Part shown: piece after piece, positions 17,920 to 28,457 of the stretch
How the letters are laid out: every line of letters starts with the position of its first letter
Position numbering within the stretch: the first letter of the stretch is position 1
IMG/VR virus record: IMGVR_UViG_3300025889_000117
Location: 1 to 63,203 of that record
Strand: one strand, 5' to 3'
From: a virus
Lineage: Duplodnaviria; Caudoviricetes
DNA length: 63,203 nucleotides
Made by a program: the position numbers and the translations under genes
The notes under the pieces: model-generated
Told to the model about the DNA's origin: nothing
Database searches by the model: none
Seen by the model: only the letters and a program-made list of their open reading frames with translations

Positions 17920-19616
17920 TAGTCATGTCCCCACACTGTTATTTTTCCACCCACATAACTTCCCGGAGCTGTAATCTGAATAGATGATGCTTGGGTACTG
18001 GTGTCCCATTTAGAATATGTATCTCTTTGTCTTTGACTGTTACTATTATCGAAACTAGGTACTTGAGAAATCATTAATTTTGGTTTATCATCACTATTAA
18101 CCATAAAACCTATACCAGCAGCGTGCTGATTACCTACAGCAGCATAATCAAGTGCATTTAATATATTTGATTGAGTTAAAGAATCAGTAAAAGCGTTATT
18201 TGTCCATTGACTAAATGTATAATTTGAATTTGTATCATTATTAAATGTTGTAGTAGTATTAATATTGTTTGTGTTTCTAGTGGCAGTTCTGATCATTAGA
18301 TATTTTTTAGGAGTGAAACTAACAGACAAAGAACTACCGCTAGCAGTACCTTCTCCTAATTTTTGCCAAAAATTATCACTACTACTATGTACGTCACTTG
18401 GATCATATCCTAATACGACCATTTCAGAACCAACAGCAAATGAATAATCACTATTTATAGGTACAACACGAACTGAAATCTTTTCTATATATTCACCCGG
18501 AGCTTTCCAATTACCACCACCAATATGTCCATCAGGTGCGGTCGCAACACCGCTACCTGCTTCTCTTACAGCTTGAGACATGACAAGATGATGTCCTTCC
18601 GGAGTATCTGGATTATAAATGTGAATTACTGCAAATTCAGAATCAGCATTGGCAACACTTTTTGTGATTATTTTTATTCCACCATCGTTAGAGGTAGCAT
18701 ATGCACCATGATTTGTTGTATATCTATTATAATATCTAGTACTTGGATCATTATTAAAAATCATTTCAGTATCAAAGTCACCATTAGCAATAAAATCTTT
18801 CTCTTTTCCTTTTATATGTAAAAGAACCATATAAAATTTTTTCTTTGGTACATCAACTTCCATAAATCCTCTATCTGCAAATTGTGGAGATAATGCACCG
18901 CTACTTTTAACTGTATATCTTGCTACTTCTTTCCAAGAACCAGTTGCTAATTCCTTAGTAGTTGGATTATAAGAAAGTGTCGTTTTTTTAGGTTCATTTT
19001 CATCTTTAAAAGTTATTTCTTCATTACCAATTAAAAGTTCCTTATTAAAATATGGAATATCAGGATTATAAGAACTGGTATGAATACTTGTATCAGTATC
19101 ATAGTATCCATTTACATCACCATAATAATTTTCAAGTTGAATACTTTGAATATTTTTATTAGTGCCACTACTATTAATATCTTTAACGATAGCACAACCT
19201 TCTCCGTATTCAGGTACTACAGTAGCACCTGTACCCGTATTGAATACACAGTCATAAAAATAAACTTGATCATATCTATTTGTTGTTCCAGCATTTTCAA
19301 ATGCAGACCTAGTTATCCAAGGCAAAGCAAATACTTCAGTAGTTGTAGATGTATAATTAAAAGTGGTATTAGGTGAAAAACTTAGAGTTTGTGAGGTTAA
19401 AATAGTAGAATAATTAGATGAATACCTATATCTGTACATACAAAAATTACTACCTTTTTTATTATTACAATACATATTATAAGCAACTGGTTGCGTGCCT
19501 TCAGGTACATATCGAATCCAAGGATTGACTATTGTTGCTTCTGTACTTAGATCGAGATTAATAGTTTTAGATGTTGCAGGTAAAGGATCTATATAACCTG
19601 TTGTAACCCAAACCAT
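17919..19616 (-). CDS. Tail tip/fibre paralog, apparent B1-A2 fusion (start moved to 19616)
   Basis: TAATG coupling at 19614-19618 gives an MVW start; internal GSWKEVAR, KKFYMV, VLGYD...NFWQKLG, FNNDTNSNY. Confidence 0.65.
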   Translation of the reverse strand: MVWVTTGYIDPLPATSKTINLDLSTEATIVNPWIRYVPEGTQPVAYNMYCNNKKGSNFCMYRYRYSSNYSTILTSQTLSFSPNTTFNYTSTTTEVFALPWITRSAFENAGTTNRYDQVYFYDCVFNTGTGATVVPEYGEGCAIVKDINSSGTNKNIQSIQLENYYGDVNGYYDTDTSIHTSSYNPDIPYFNKELLIGNEEITFKDENEPKKTTLSYNPTTKELATGSWKEVARYTVKSSGALSPQFADRGFMEVDVPKKKFYMVLLHIKGKEKDFIANGDFDTEMIFNNDPSTRYYNRYTTNHGAYATSNDGGIKIITKSVANADSEFAVIHIYNPDTPEGHHLVMSQAVREAGSGVATAPDGHIGGGNWKAPGEYIEKISVRVVPINSDYSFAVGSEMVVLGYDPSDVHSSSDNFWQKLGEGTASGSSLSVSFTPKKYLMIRTATRNTNNINTTTTFNNDTNSNYTFSQWTNNAFTDSLTQSNILNALDYAAVGNQHAAGIGFMVNSDDKPKLMISQVPSFDNSNSQRQRDTYSKWDTSTQASSIQITAPGSYVGGKITVWGHD

Positions 19617-20764
19617 TATGTACCCCCCCATACAGTGAAGGTTGATCCATTTTTCCAAGTATATCCCGAAACAGTACTTTGATCGATTTCAAACTGTACA
19701 GAAGAGATTGATTCCATTCCTGTTTCGTTTGTTGAACAAGTATGTAGGGCAAAAAAAGGGTATCTACTAGGATCTGTACCACCCGCATTTGACATATGAT
19801 TAAAACTATAAAAAAATTTTATCGGCACCATATTAAATACAAAAAACATAGCAAAATTGGTTTCTTGATCACCATTTGTTGCATTACCTGCGAAACTGTC
19901 GTAGTAAGATATTAAATTACTCCATTTACTTGCACCAGTGACAGGGTTACCATTACCAGTATCAATTCTCCATTTGAAATCATTTTTAACTGCATCTGTA
20001 TTGTTATTAAAAGTTATTAGATCAGGAGCAACATCACCAATGGTTCCAGTAGCATCAGCATTTACACTCATAATATAAAAATCTTCAGTTCCTTCAGTTG
20101 ACCAATCAAGATCAACACTGGTGGGGGTATTATTAACTATGACTTCTTTTTTCTTTTTAAAGAATCCCGGTGTCGTTGTATCATCTGGATCAAAAGCTAA
20201 TACACAAACATAAATATTCTCAGCTGTACCTTGTGTTATAGTCCAAGTAATTGATGTTATAGGATCGGTCGTATTACACCATTTAGCTACATCCCATGTA
20301 GGAGAGGATCGAGTAGGATTGAAAAGTTGTTTATTACCACCACCTCTTCCAAAAATTAATTTTTCACGATTAGGTGTATTATCAATAAAAAATGTCATAA
20401 AACACTCAGCATCAAAAGTACCCTGATAACCGCCAAGTCCATCACATCTTATTCCTGTTTGAGAAGTAAATGAATCCTCAGTAGTATCATAGTAATTTAG
20501 TCTTTTGAACGCATAATTAGCAGTACTGTCTCCGTTAAATTGCATTAAATTATTTGGATAAACCGTATTGATTAGTTTATCATGATATATTATCATTAAT
20601 TTTTTTTTAACTGGTAAATCACTTATTGTCCACGTTGTTTGACCGTCTTTTGATCTATATTCTCCTATTTTCTTCCATGCACTTATATCATTATATGATT
20701 CTTGACTATTAAATCCATCTTGTGTCATTTCCATCCTATTTGGTGCTAAAAATTTTACTGTCAT
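19616..20764 (-). CDS. Tail tip/fibre paralog (long type A1)
   Basis: MTVKFLAPNR, AWKKIG, FNGDSTANY, ends FTVWGGT. Confidence 0.65.
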   Translation of the reverse strand: MTVKFLAPNRMEMTQDGFNSQESYNDISAWKKIGEYRSKDGQTTWTISDLPVKKKLMIIYHDKLINTVYPNNLMQFNGDSTANYAFKRLNYYDTTEDSFTSQTGIRCDGLGGYQGTFDAECFMTFFIDNTPNREKLIFGRGGGNKQLFNPTRSSPTWDVAKWCNTTDPITSITWTITQGTAENIYVCVLAFDPDDTTTPGFFKKKKEVIVNNTPTSVDLDWSTEGTEDFYIMSVNADATGTIGDVAPDLITFNNNTDAVKNDFKWRIDTGNGNPVTGASKWSNLISYYDSFAGNATNGDQETNFAMFFVFNMVPIKFFYSFNHMSNAGGTDPSRYPFFALHTCSTNETGMESISSVQFEIDQSTVSGYTWKNGSTFTVWGGT

Positions 20765-20799
20765 ATTAATTACCTTATAACTTGTACTTTATAAGCCTT

Positions 20800-22248
20800 T
20801 TAACTCACCTGTACTTCTACAAAAGCTCCGCCTTTTTTCTGTATAACAAATAAAGCATCATTGTTTCCATCAACGGCTTTTTGATAATATCTACCATTAT
20901 TAGTTGCTGGATCTGCTGGTTTAGACTGATTTTCCATATCATAATAATAAGTATCAAAGTCATGGTTTTCTGTCCACGGAGTATCTGAACCACCACCACC
21001 ACCGCCACCACCATATTCATACCAAACACCGTTTCTTCTAACAACTAGTGTTGGAACTGTTTCTGATAAAACTTTATCTGCACCTGCTAATGTTACAAAT
21101 TGGTCTGTTGTTGGACTTGCTTGGTGTTTTAATGTAATGGTATCTCCCGCATCTGCGTATAAGAATTTATATTGATTATTTGATCCACTTGTCAATGTGA
21201 GTAGATCATCTGCTGTACCTGAAAATGCTTGCAGGATGAGAGAAGTGTCAGACTCGTCTGTTAAAGCTACACTGTCATTTTGTATTAGTCTTGTTGAAGT
21301 TTTAATTGTCCAAGGATCTTCACTTATAATACGCCAATAAGCACTATCACGCCCTATAAGTGTAATCTGTCTATGTGGTTCTAATGTTATTGGTGCATTT
21401 ACAGTAGAACCTTCTCCTATATAGTCATTAGTGTTGGGATAAATTTGTATTACATTGTTAGTAGAGTTCATAACAGTTACATAATTTCCAAGTAAGGCGA
21501 ACGGTAATGTAACTACGTCATTTGTATTTGCTACGTTTACATTATTGATACTGTTTGTAAGTACCTGTTGTCCTTGTGTTTGAGTTGTACTTGCTGTAAC
21601 ATTACCAGCCCCAATTCTCATTCTACCGAAGAAATACTGTAAAGCACCTTGATAATAATTACTCCAGTTGTTTCTGCTAAAATAAAATTCTTGGGTATTT
21701 GCATCACCATTTAATATTGTCTGAAATTCACTTGTACCTCTATGTAGTGAAAGGCTAAATCCCGATGCGTTAACTGAATCACCAATATTATTACTACCAT
21801 AAAATCCAAGTGATCCTACCCTTCTATTAGAACTTGGATTATAAGTTCCATTTGATGTATCAGCATAAAAATTCAAGGCTTCAAAACCATATAATCCATT
21901 TGCACCTGAAGTTTGATGAGTATCTTTAATTGATATTCCTATACCTGTACTTGAAAAATCTTTTTCTACGGTTGCACCGTTGATAGTTGTTGTTGTAACA
22001 AATTCATCAAAATCACTAAGTGCTGTATTAAATTGTGCTTTAGTACCTGTAAAAGAGTTTCCAGTTCCACCTAGATCAAATGTTTTATTTGTGAATGTAG
22101 AAGTTTGATCGTCATAGTCTTTTAATACATCTGCAATAGTAGCTTTTCTAGGATTTTTAGAAACGGCTGGATCATTTACAACATATAAAATATCAGTTGA
22201 TAATGGTGTTGTAATTGCTGTTAGTGCTGTTAAGTCTTGATTAACCAA
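20800..22248 (-). CDS. Tail fibre protein
   Basis: N-terminal L..LT.ITTP...DILYV, TFTNKTFD, Gly-run linker. Confidence 0.65.
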   Translation of the reverse strand: MVNQDLTALTAITTPLSTDILYVVNDPAVSKNPRKATIADVLKDYDDQTSTFTNKTFDLGGTGNSFTGTKAQFNTALSDFDEFVTTTTINGATVEKDFSSTGIGISIKDTHQTSGANGLYGFEALNFYADTSNGTYNPSSNRRVGSLGFYGSNNIGDSVNASGFSLSLHRGTSEFQTILNGDANTQEFYFSRNNWSNYYQGALQYFFGRMRIGAGNVTASTTQTQGQQVLTNSINNVNVANTNDVVTLPFALLGNYVTVMNSTNNVIQIYPNTNDYIGEGSTVNAPITLEPHRQITLIGRDSAYWRIISEDPWTIKTSTRLIQNDSVALTDESDTSLILQAFSGTADDLLTLTSGSNNQYKFLYADAGDTITLKHQASPTTDQFVTLAGADKVLSETVPTLVVRRNGVWYEYGGGGGGGGSDTPWTENHDFDTYYYDMENQSKPADPATNNGRYYQKAVDGNNDALFVIQKKGGAFVEVQVS

Positions 22249-22261
22249 GACTGATTACCCC

Positions 22262-22615
22262 CTATGGTAAATCGAGCTTAATGGTTATTTCCGACTTGCA
22301 TTTTCTGCAAGACAGTTTCTCACCATCTTGATGAAGGAATACAAAGTGTGGAGCATTACATTTAAGCTCGAATCCTTTGCTATTATGTCCTGTAACTTGT
22401 GAACAATAAACCCAAAATCCCGGAACTGAACTATCAACACCTTTTACCCATTCTTTACCATCTTCATCAAAGTGTACAAATAGTTGATCTTTCTCACTCC
22501 AATCATATATTCTACCATTAGAATCAGTTTGTTTTGTTACTTTAATTCTTGCAACTTCTTTATCTGCAATTTCTTTCATAACTGATTTTGGTGTGTCTTT
22601 AGTAATCTTAGGCAT
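22262..22615 (-). CDS. Hypothetical protein with C-terminal Zn ribbon
   Basis: YCS...KCN...CRKC. Confidence 0.55.
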   Translation of the reverse strand: MPKITKDTPKSVMKEIADKEVARIKVTKQTDSNGRIYDWSEKDQLFVHFDEDGKEWVKGVDSSVPGFWVYCSQVTGHNSKGFELKCNAPHFVFLHQDGEKLSCRKCKSEITIKLDLP

Positions 22616-22625
22616 ATCTTTACTC

Positions 22626-23144
22626 CTATGGGTTGGTATCTCCTTGAATACCTAATGTGTATGAATCTAGTGTAGCAGCTGCGGATGCAGTAACATCGTA
22701 CTCTACCCAAAATCCCCTATAATCACCGGAATTTAAATCACCTAATGCAATACCAGCTGCGAAATTTGCTGGTGCTGAATAAGAACCACTTACAGATGGT
22801 GCAGTTTCTTCTGTTCCAATAGTTTCAATAGCAGTGTTTTTTGCCTCTGCACATAAAGCCACTCTAAGAGTTGTATCTCCAGATGAAGTTTGAGTATCAA
22901 TCCAAAATTTTGGTGCAATATAAGTTAATGAACCATGTGCATTTTCATAATAATAACCGTGATGAATAATAATACCTGCACTTGCTTCTGCTGAAGTGAT
23001 GTCATCCATGTCATTATTTAGAGTATCTGAAGTAATAATTCCCCCTGCAACTGTGGACATAGCTCCACCCAAAGCGTTGTTAGGATCTGTTTCTGATGCA
23101 CCGCCTGAAATTCTTAAATTAATATCGGAAGCTGCTATTGGCAT
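22626..23144 (-). CDS. Putative virion structural protein
   Basis: MPI.ASDI..R.SGGA...DPN.ALGG.MS, GDL..G.Y..FWV; beta-rich, tail context. Confidence 0.6.
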   Translation of the reverse strand: MPIAASDINLRISGGASETDPNNALGGAMSTVAGGIITSDTLNNDMDDITSAEASAGIIIHHGYYYENAHGSLTYIAPKFWIDTQTSSGDTTLRVALCAEAKNTAIETIGTEETAPSVSGSYSAPANFAAGIALGDLNSGDYRGFWVEYDVTASAAATLDSYTLGIQGDTNP

Positions 23145-23377
23145 GAGGATACTTATTTTAAATAGTATTTAAATATTTTTATCTTCTTTATTTAGATTAG
23201 ATACATATGGTTTTATTAAACCTATTGCTTTCATTATGAATAAAAACTCTCCCCTAAATGTATCATTTCCTTTATATTTATAATAATAAACAAAAGCCCG
23301 ATTAAACCAAACGTTGTTTTTTGGAAAGAATTTTAGTTCCATATATTGTATATTCAGACACATTATATTAATGTTAC

Positions 23378-23611
23378 TTAAATAAAGAATTTTTGTTTAA
23401 TTCTTCTACTTTCTACCATATTTCTTATTGCTCTTCTTATATGAGCTGGATCGGTGTCAGGTATAACATCATATAATTTTGCAACAGTGTCATGTCCTTT
23501 TATTATTTGTTCTTCAATACGATCTTGTAAAGGCGTTGCTTGACCATTTATACCTCTTCGTGAGGTTTGTATCGTAGGCTCTATATTATTTTTCTTTCTT
23601 CTTATAACCAT
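23378..23611 (-). CDS. Small winged-helix-like protein
   Basis: TVAKLY...IRRAIRNMVE..RI. Confidence 0.45.
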   Translation of the reverse strand: MVIRRKKNNIEPTIQTSRRGINGQATPLQDRIEEQIIKGHDTVAKLYDVIPDTDPAHIRRAIRNMVESRRIKQKFFI

Positions 23612-24456
23612 TAGATGTGACCTTTAATTGTTCCATTATAAGAATCAAATGAAAGTGTAGCAGTACCAATATTTGTTGGTGTTATCTCGTTCTTTCTATC
23701 CATATAACCATCTGTTCCTTCTACTAAAGGTTTACAGAAAGTTCCCGAATTTATAAGATGAATGTCTCTTTCCCACATTTTCCCTGTTTCCCAATCAAAG
23801 TCTATTGCTATTTGAGGTGTGTATCTTTTTTGATGTAAATGACCACATATAAAAATATCCATATAGTGATTCTTTTTCATTTGTTCAAACATATATTCAG
23901 GTCTGCCACCACCACTTCCATGTATTGCAAGTATAGACCACTGAGATTGTATTTTATTCTTATAAAGAACTTCTAATCCTATAATGGCTCTACTACCTAA
24001 AAATGTAAGTGCATGAGGATTACAAAAATTATTTTCAATATATGCTCTAGTAGCTTCTCTTATCTTATATTCGTGATTACCGTGTTCTAATCCCCAAATC
24101 TTTTCGTTTTCGCCTTTTTTAAGTTCCCATTGTTCATAGTCTATCTCTTTAAATCTAGATTTATGTTCATTTAATAGAGGTCTAGATAGTTTTTCCCAAA
24201 TTTTTCTTTGGTTATCAACATCATGTTCTGTTGCCATATCTGGATTATAACGTTTATCATATACTGAAATTGCATCAATTTGATCACCCAAAAACATAGT
24301 ATAACGATCAGTTGATTTAGAAATAGATTTTATTCTTCTTGTGTATAAATCTTCATCAAATCCAACATGACCAATATGAATATCTGATAATGGTTCAAAA
24401 TGAAAAATATCATCTTGTTTTTCTAAATTAATAGTTATTTTTTTACTAAAAACCAT
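23611..24456 (-). CDS. Calcineurin-like metallophosphoesterase
   Basis: SDIHIG, GDQID, GNHE, IHG, GHLH. Confidence 0.88.
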   Translation of the reverse strand: MVFSKKITINLEKQDDIFHFEPLSDIHIGHVGFDEDLYTRRIKSISKSTDRYTMFLGDQIDAISVYDKRYNPDMATEHDVDNQRKIWEKLSRPLLNEHKSRFKEIDYEQWELKKGENEKIWGLEHGNHEYKIREATRAYIENNFCNPHALTFLGSRAIIGLEVLYKNKIQSQWSILAIHGSGGGRPEYMFEQMKKNHYMDIFICGHLHQKRYTPQIAIDFDWETGKMWERDIHLINSGTFCKPLVEGTDGYMDRKNEITPTNIGTATLSFDSYNGTIKGHI

Positions 24457-24500
24457 TACACAATATACTCCAAATACCCTTATAAAAACTTTACAAAAAA

Positions 24501-24932
24501 TTAAGAATTTAGAAAGATGTAAGCTCTTTCTATTTTATCTGTGTAAGCAGATACGATCATTCCAAATTTCTGTGAATCTTCAGGCTCGTTGGGTAATCTC
24601 TGTTTTGTTAATTCTACCGCTTGTACTTCAAAATTTTCTACCATTTTTGCTGCCAGTTTGATTTTATCAACTGTTTCTTCCCCTACTGTGTATTCAGTTT
24701 TCCAATTTACATTTGATTCTCTTATGTATCCTTTTGGTATAAATTCTGCATATTTGGAAGAGGCAAAATCAAACTCTTCAAATGTTTTATCTAGTTTTTT
24801 TATTTCTTTTGACAATTCAATTATACTCTTACAAGCATCTCTTCTGTCAATTTTTGGCTGTTTCTCGTCTTTGAGGATAGCCCATCTTGCTTTTAGACTT
24901 TTCATGTGTTCGACTATTACTTCATTAGTCAT
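24501..24932 (-). CDS. Hypothetical protein
   Basis: ORF with upstream TATA-like TTTATA. Confidence 0.6.
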   Translation of the reverse strand: MTNEVIVEHMKSLKARWAILKDEKQPKIDRRDACKSIIELSKEIKKLDKTFEEFDFASSKYAEFIPKGYIRESNVNWKTEYTVGEETVDKIKLAAKMVENFEVQAVELTKQRLPNEPEDSQKFGMIVSAYTDKIERAYIFLNS

Positions 24933-24990
24933 AGTTATAGAATATATAATCCCTAATATAAAGGTTTAAAAAAAATGATAGATGTAAAAT

Positions 24991-25338
24991 CTACTCAGCA
25001 GCTACAAGGGTATAATAACCCATTCCGCCACTCTTTGACTTTACTTTTTCGGCTGGACATTTAACTTTAAATGTCTCACCTTTAGCAAGAGCAGATTGAA
25101 AATCTTCACTTAAAAGCATACTAACTATTGCTTTTCTTGTAGTGTGGATCTTATTTACTTTTTGCCCATCTGCTTTTTCCCAATTTTCTTCTGTAGTGAT
25201 TTTTACTCCCTCAGTTTCTTCTTCGCCATTAACATATGGTGAAGATTCAACTTTGGTGATAGTAAATGGTTTATCACCTAGTTCAGCAAGATTTATGGAA
25301 TCCCCTGCTTTTTGGTTGAAAGAATTGAAATCTCCCAT
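24991..25338 (-). CDS. Hypothetical protein, possibly OB-fold ssDNA-binding
   Basis: Beta-rich with C-terminal KSKSGGMGYYTL; function is a guess. Confidence 0.5.
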   Translation of the reverse strand: MGDFNSFNQKAGDSINLAELGDKPFTITKVESSPYVNGEEETEGVKITTEENWEKADGQKVNKIHTTRKAIVSMLLSEDFQSALAKGETFKVKCPAEKVKSKSGGMGYYTLVAAE

Positions 25339-25414
25339 GTTAATAATATTAAATGAACAGATATAAAAAGCTTTTTCAGTAAAGACTTATATATGTCATA
25401 TATTAAACAACAAT

Positions 25415-25621
25415 ATGGCTAGACCACAAAATGAACATAGGACTTCTACACCTATTAGTATATTAAAATCACAAAAAGCTAGATTGAGAAAATATGCTCA
25501 ACAAGATGTTAAGCGAAAAGGTAATGAAAGTGATGCTGTTGTCTTTGAAAGAGTTTTAAGATTCTATGAAAATGCACATCCTACTGATGCTCAACCTAAA
25601 CCAACTTATTCTAAAAACTAG
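25415..25621 (+). CDS. Putative RHH transcription regulator, divergently transcribed
   Basis: MARP...TPISI...KARL...ES...V.ERVL; own TATA (CTTATATA ~25386). Confidence 0.55.
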   Translation: MARPQNEHRTSTPISILKSQKARLRKYAQQDVKRKGNESDAVVFERVLRFYENAHPTDAQPKPTYSKN

Positions 25622-25826
25622 CTGATTCCATTTCTTTTAATCTTTTTTGTTGATCATCTTCGCTCATACCATGCCAAATTTTTCTACATACAGGTGAATC
25701 ATAAAAAATTTTTTCTCTACCTTTATAACGACTTGGTAATTCCCTATTGCAAGGGCATTTACATCTTCTAATCTTTTCCTTTCTTTTCATCTTTTCCTGT
25801 ATCCATCTCAGATCCCTCAGATTCAT
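25611..25826 (-). CDS. Small zinc-binding protein
   Basis: CKCPC...FYDSPVCR. Confidence 0.5.
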   Translation of the reverse strand: MNLRDLRWIQEKMKRKEKIRRCKCPCNRELPSRYKGREKIFYDSPVCRKIWHGMSEDDQQKRLKEMESASF

Positions 25827-26427
25827 GTTGTCTTTTTATTTCTTCATCAATTCTATCAGATACAGATTTCTCTTCATTTAGTGGATTATAAACTGGATTA
25901 TGTGTTCCAGATGTCGTGGTTGTTGTTCCAGCTGGACTAACATTTTTTAAAATTGTTTGCCTAATTTCTGTTGCTAAATTATTCCAATTTTGTTTATTAT
26001 AAAATGTAGGTAAATTTGATAATTTTAATATTTCCACTCTATCCACGTTTGTCATTGTATCCCAATGAATTTCACCTAATAATTCTTTTTTTAAAAATAC
26101 ATCATTTTTAATTATTGGGTAATTTCTTCCATCTGATAATATTTTTACTTTATCTCCATCAAATCCAGATATAACTCCGGACTTGTTATATTCTGCAAAA
26201 ACTACTTCATCTCTAATTTTAAAGGGTGTTTTTATAAGATCCAATCTTTTCTTATAAATTGATTTCTGAGCTTCTTTAGTATTTGATTGTTTTGCACCTC
26301 TAAGACTAGGTAAAGCCTCTCTGACTCTATCTTCAGCATCTTCCCCTGCATTTACTTTAACTTTTTTCCCGCCTACAGTAATCCATTTTTCTGCATCAGA
26401 ATCTTCTACAGGCTTATCTGCTGGCAT
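25768..26427 (-). CDS. Hypothetical protein with WITVGG motif and SH3/KOW-like segment
   Basis: KWITVGGKKVKV; FKIRDEVVF...GVISGFDGDKVKI. Confidence 0.6.
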   Translation of the reverse strand: MPADKPVEDSDAEKWITVGGKKVKVNAGEDAEDRVREALPSLRGAKQSNTKEAQKSIYKKRLDLIKTPFKIRDEVVFAEYNKSGVISGFDGDKVKILSDGRNYPIIKNDVFLKKELLGEIHWDTMTNVDRVEILKLSNLPTFYNKQNWNNLATEIRQTILKNVSPAGTTTTTSGTHNPVYNPLNEEKSVSDRIDEEIKRQHESEGSEMDTGKDEKKGKD

Positions 26428-26467
26428 ATATAAACTATATATAATGTGTATTTAAATATATCTATTG

Positions 26468-27922
26468 TTACCAGCCTTCATATTTACCTACATAATCTGT
26501 AGCCCAGAGATCAGGTACCTCTCTTATAAAATCTACCTTTTGTTGACCAAAGCATACAAGGGCTAAACTATCACTATAATCATCTGCGTGTTCACTTCTT
26601 ACTTTTGGTTGTTGATCCTTAAATTTGCCATGATCCCAGTACATATAAGATAGTTGTTCTACCAGTTTATCTTTATGAAATTCATTTAATAATGACAAGT
26701 TTATAAGGCGTTCTTCAAATAATCTTTCTAGGTTTATATATAAATTTGTTTTATCTGATTTAAAATTAACACCATATATGTTTAATTCTGGATCTGTTTC
26801 TTTACATAAATCAATTAATGTGTCCCCCATACCAGTTTCATCTATATAACATCTGCGAAATCCATATTGTCTATTAAACTTTTTAATGGTTCTAGCAAGT
26901 GCAGGTTGTTCAGTTGTTAATTCAGTATATATTTCAACTGGATAAACAGTATTGTTTATAACACCTGCAATAGTGATTACTGTTTCATCTTTACCTTTTC
27001 CACTTGTATCTACTCCACATTCATAGTATTCAAATTTAGGTCGTTGTTTCAGATTCATAAGTGATTCCTGAAGTAGATTATAAGGAATTAATGAATTGCC
27101 ACCATCAAGAAATTCACCATATAATTCTTGTTTTTCAGCAGCTTCAGTGGTACTTTTGATTAGTTTTAATACTGCTGGATCATCTCTAGCATAGGGGTTA
27201 TCAAAAGTAGTTACATGAAATTGAGTCCATGGGTATTTTTCTTTATCTTCTTGTAATATTCTAGGTTTACCATGTTCATATATTGTGTGAGATAACATAC
27301 ATGATTTAAAAAACTGTCCCGCTTTACCTTTAGGTGTACTTGTTAATAGTATAACTGGTTTAGTGGTTACTGTTGAAGGCAAGAATGAATCATATACGAC
27401 TTCAGGAATATAAGCTGCCTCATCTAATATAGCCATATGTACAGTAAAACCTCTCAATGAATCACCAGTATCACCTATAGGTCTTACAATGAAATTTGTT
27501 TTCCCTCGACCATCATACCACTCTATTGTGATCTCAGTTCTTGTTTCTCTAAAAATTTTAAATGAATGATTCATATGTATGAACTCTGAAATCTTGGATA
27601 GAATGAGATGTGCCTGATCTTTTGACAATGATGCTATAACTATATTTGCAACGTTGGTGTCAATGTTGTTTGCAAATAATGGTGCAAAATACGCAAAATG
27701 AATTGCTTTTAAAGCTGCGTTTGTGGATTTTCCCACCTGCCTTCCAGTTCTATATACTATGAATCTATCTTTACAATCAAGAAAAGCTTTGTTATAATCA
27801 AATACTTCCCAGCCTAAAAACATCTTTACAAAGTATCCACATGATTTTGCACATTTGACTAATTCTTGTGCGTATTCTATGGGATCTTTAATCCTTTCTA
27901 TCAGTGGTAAATGATTCTCCAA
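26468..27922 (-). CDS. terL: Terminase large subunit
   Basis: Walker A GRQVGKS, Walker B ILDEAA, LTSTP, TTFDNPY, RNase H-like GVD...DET, DETGMG, DDYSDS. Confidence 0.95.
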   Translation of the reverse strand: MENHLPLIERIKDPIEYAQELVKCAKSCGYFVKMFLGWEVFDYNKAFLDCKDRFIVYRTGRQVGKSTNAALKAIHFAYFAPLFANNIDTNVANIVIASLSKDQAHLILSKISEFIHMNHSFKIFRETRTEITIEWYDGRGKTNFIVRPIGDTGDSLRGFTVHMAILDEAAYIPEVVYDSFLPSTVTTKPVILLTSTPKGKAGQFFKSCMLSHTIYEHGKPRILQEDKEKYPWTQFHVTTFDNPYARDDPAVLKLIKSTTEAAEKQELYGEFLDGGNSLIPYNLLQESLMNLKQRPKFEYYECGVDTSGKGKDETVITIAGVINNTVYPVEIYTELTTEQPALARTIKKFNRQYGFRRCYIDETGMGDTLIDLCKETDPELNIYGVNFKSDKTNLYINLERLFEERLINLSLLNEFHKDKLVEQLSYMYWDHGKFKDQQPKVRSEHADDYSDSLALVCFGQQKVDFIREVPDLWATDYVGKYEGW

Positions 27923-28433
27923 ATAAATCCTCTTTATTCATTTTTATGGTTCTTGCTATTTCAGTTCTTTGATCATCAGTAAGTGTTTCTCTTTGTGTTA
28001 CTTCTACAGTTTCTCTTCTTGTTCTTACTTCTTCTATAACTTTACCCAAATTATTTAATGAGTTTATACGTTTCGTAACTTCTGGATTTAACTCACCTGA
28101 CATATCTTCCATTTGTTCAAAAAACTTTAATTTTTCATAATTATCGTGAAATTCAGCTTCCAGTAATTCCAATGTTCTTCCACCATTTTCATCTATTAAT
28201 TTTGCAATATCACTCCTTATAACACATAAAGCATCTTTTTCATATTTTGTACATATTCCATTACCGCCTTCTTCCTGTGGTCTAAATGGACAATGATTAC
28301 ATTCAGGTGGTAAATTTCGTGCATATTTTAAAGCCTTGACGTTTCTAGGTTTAGAATGAGGTAAACTACGCTTATCTATAACTAATTCTTTTTCACCAGT
28401 TTTTTCATCTTTTTTCTCGATGAATTTAACCAT
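27888..28433 (-). CDS. Probable terminase small subunit
   Basis: Directly upstream of and overlapping terL; Cys cluster plus helical region. Confidence 0.5.
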   Translation of the reverse strand: MVKFIEKKDEKTGEKELVIDKRSLPHSKPRNVKALKYARNLPPECNHCPFRPQEEGGNGICTKYEKDALCVIRSDIAKLIDENGGRTLELLEAEFHDNYEKLKFFEQMEDMSGELNPEVTKRINSLNNLGKVIEEVRTRRETVEVTQRETLTDDQRTEIARTIKMNKEDLFGESFTTDRKD

Positions 28434-28457
28434 ATATAAATGCCTAATTTATATTAT

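Noticed and set aside
15393-22248. Diversity-generating retroelement acting on tail-tip genes
   Set aside because: No reverse transcriptase and no TR/VR pair differing only at adenines was seen
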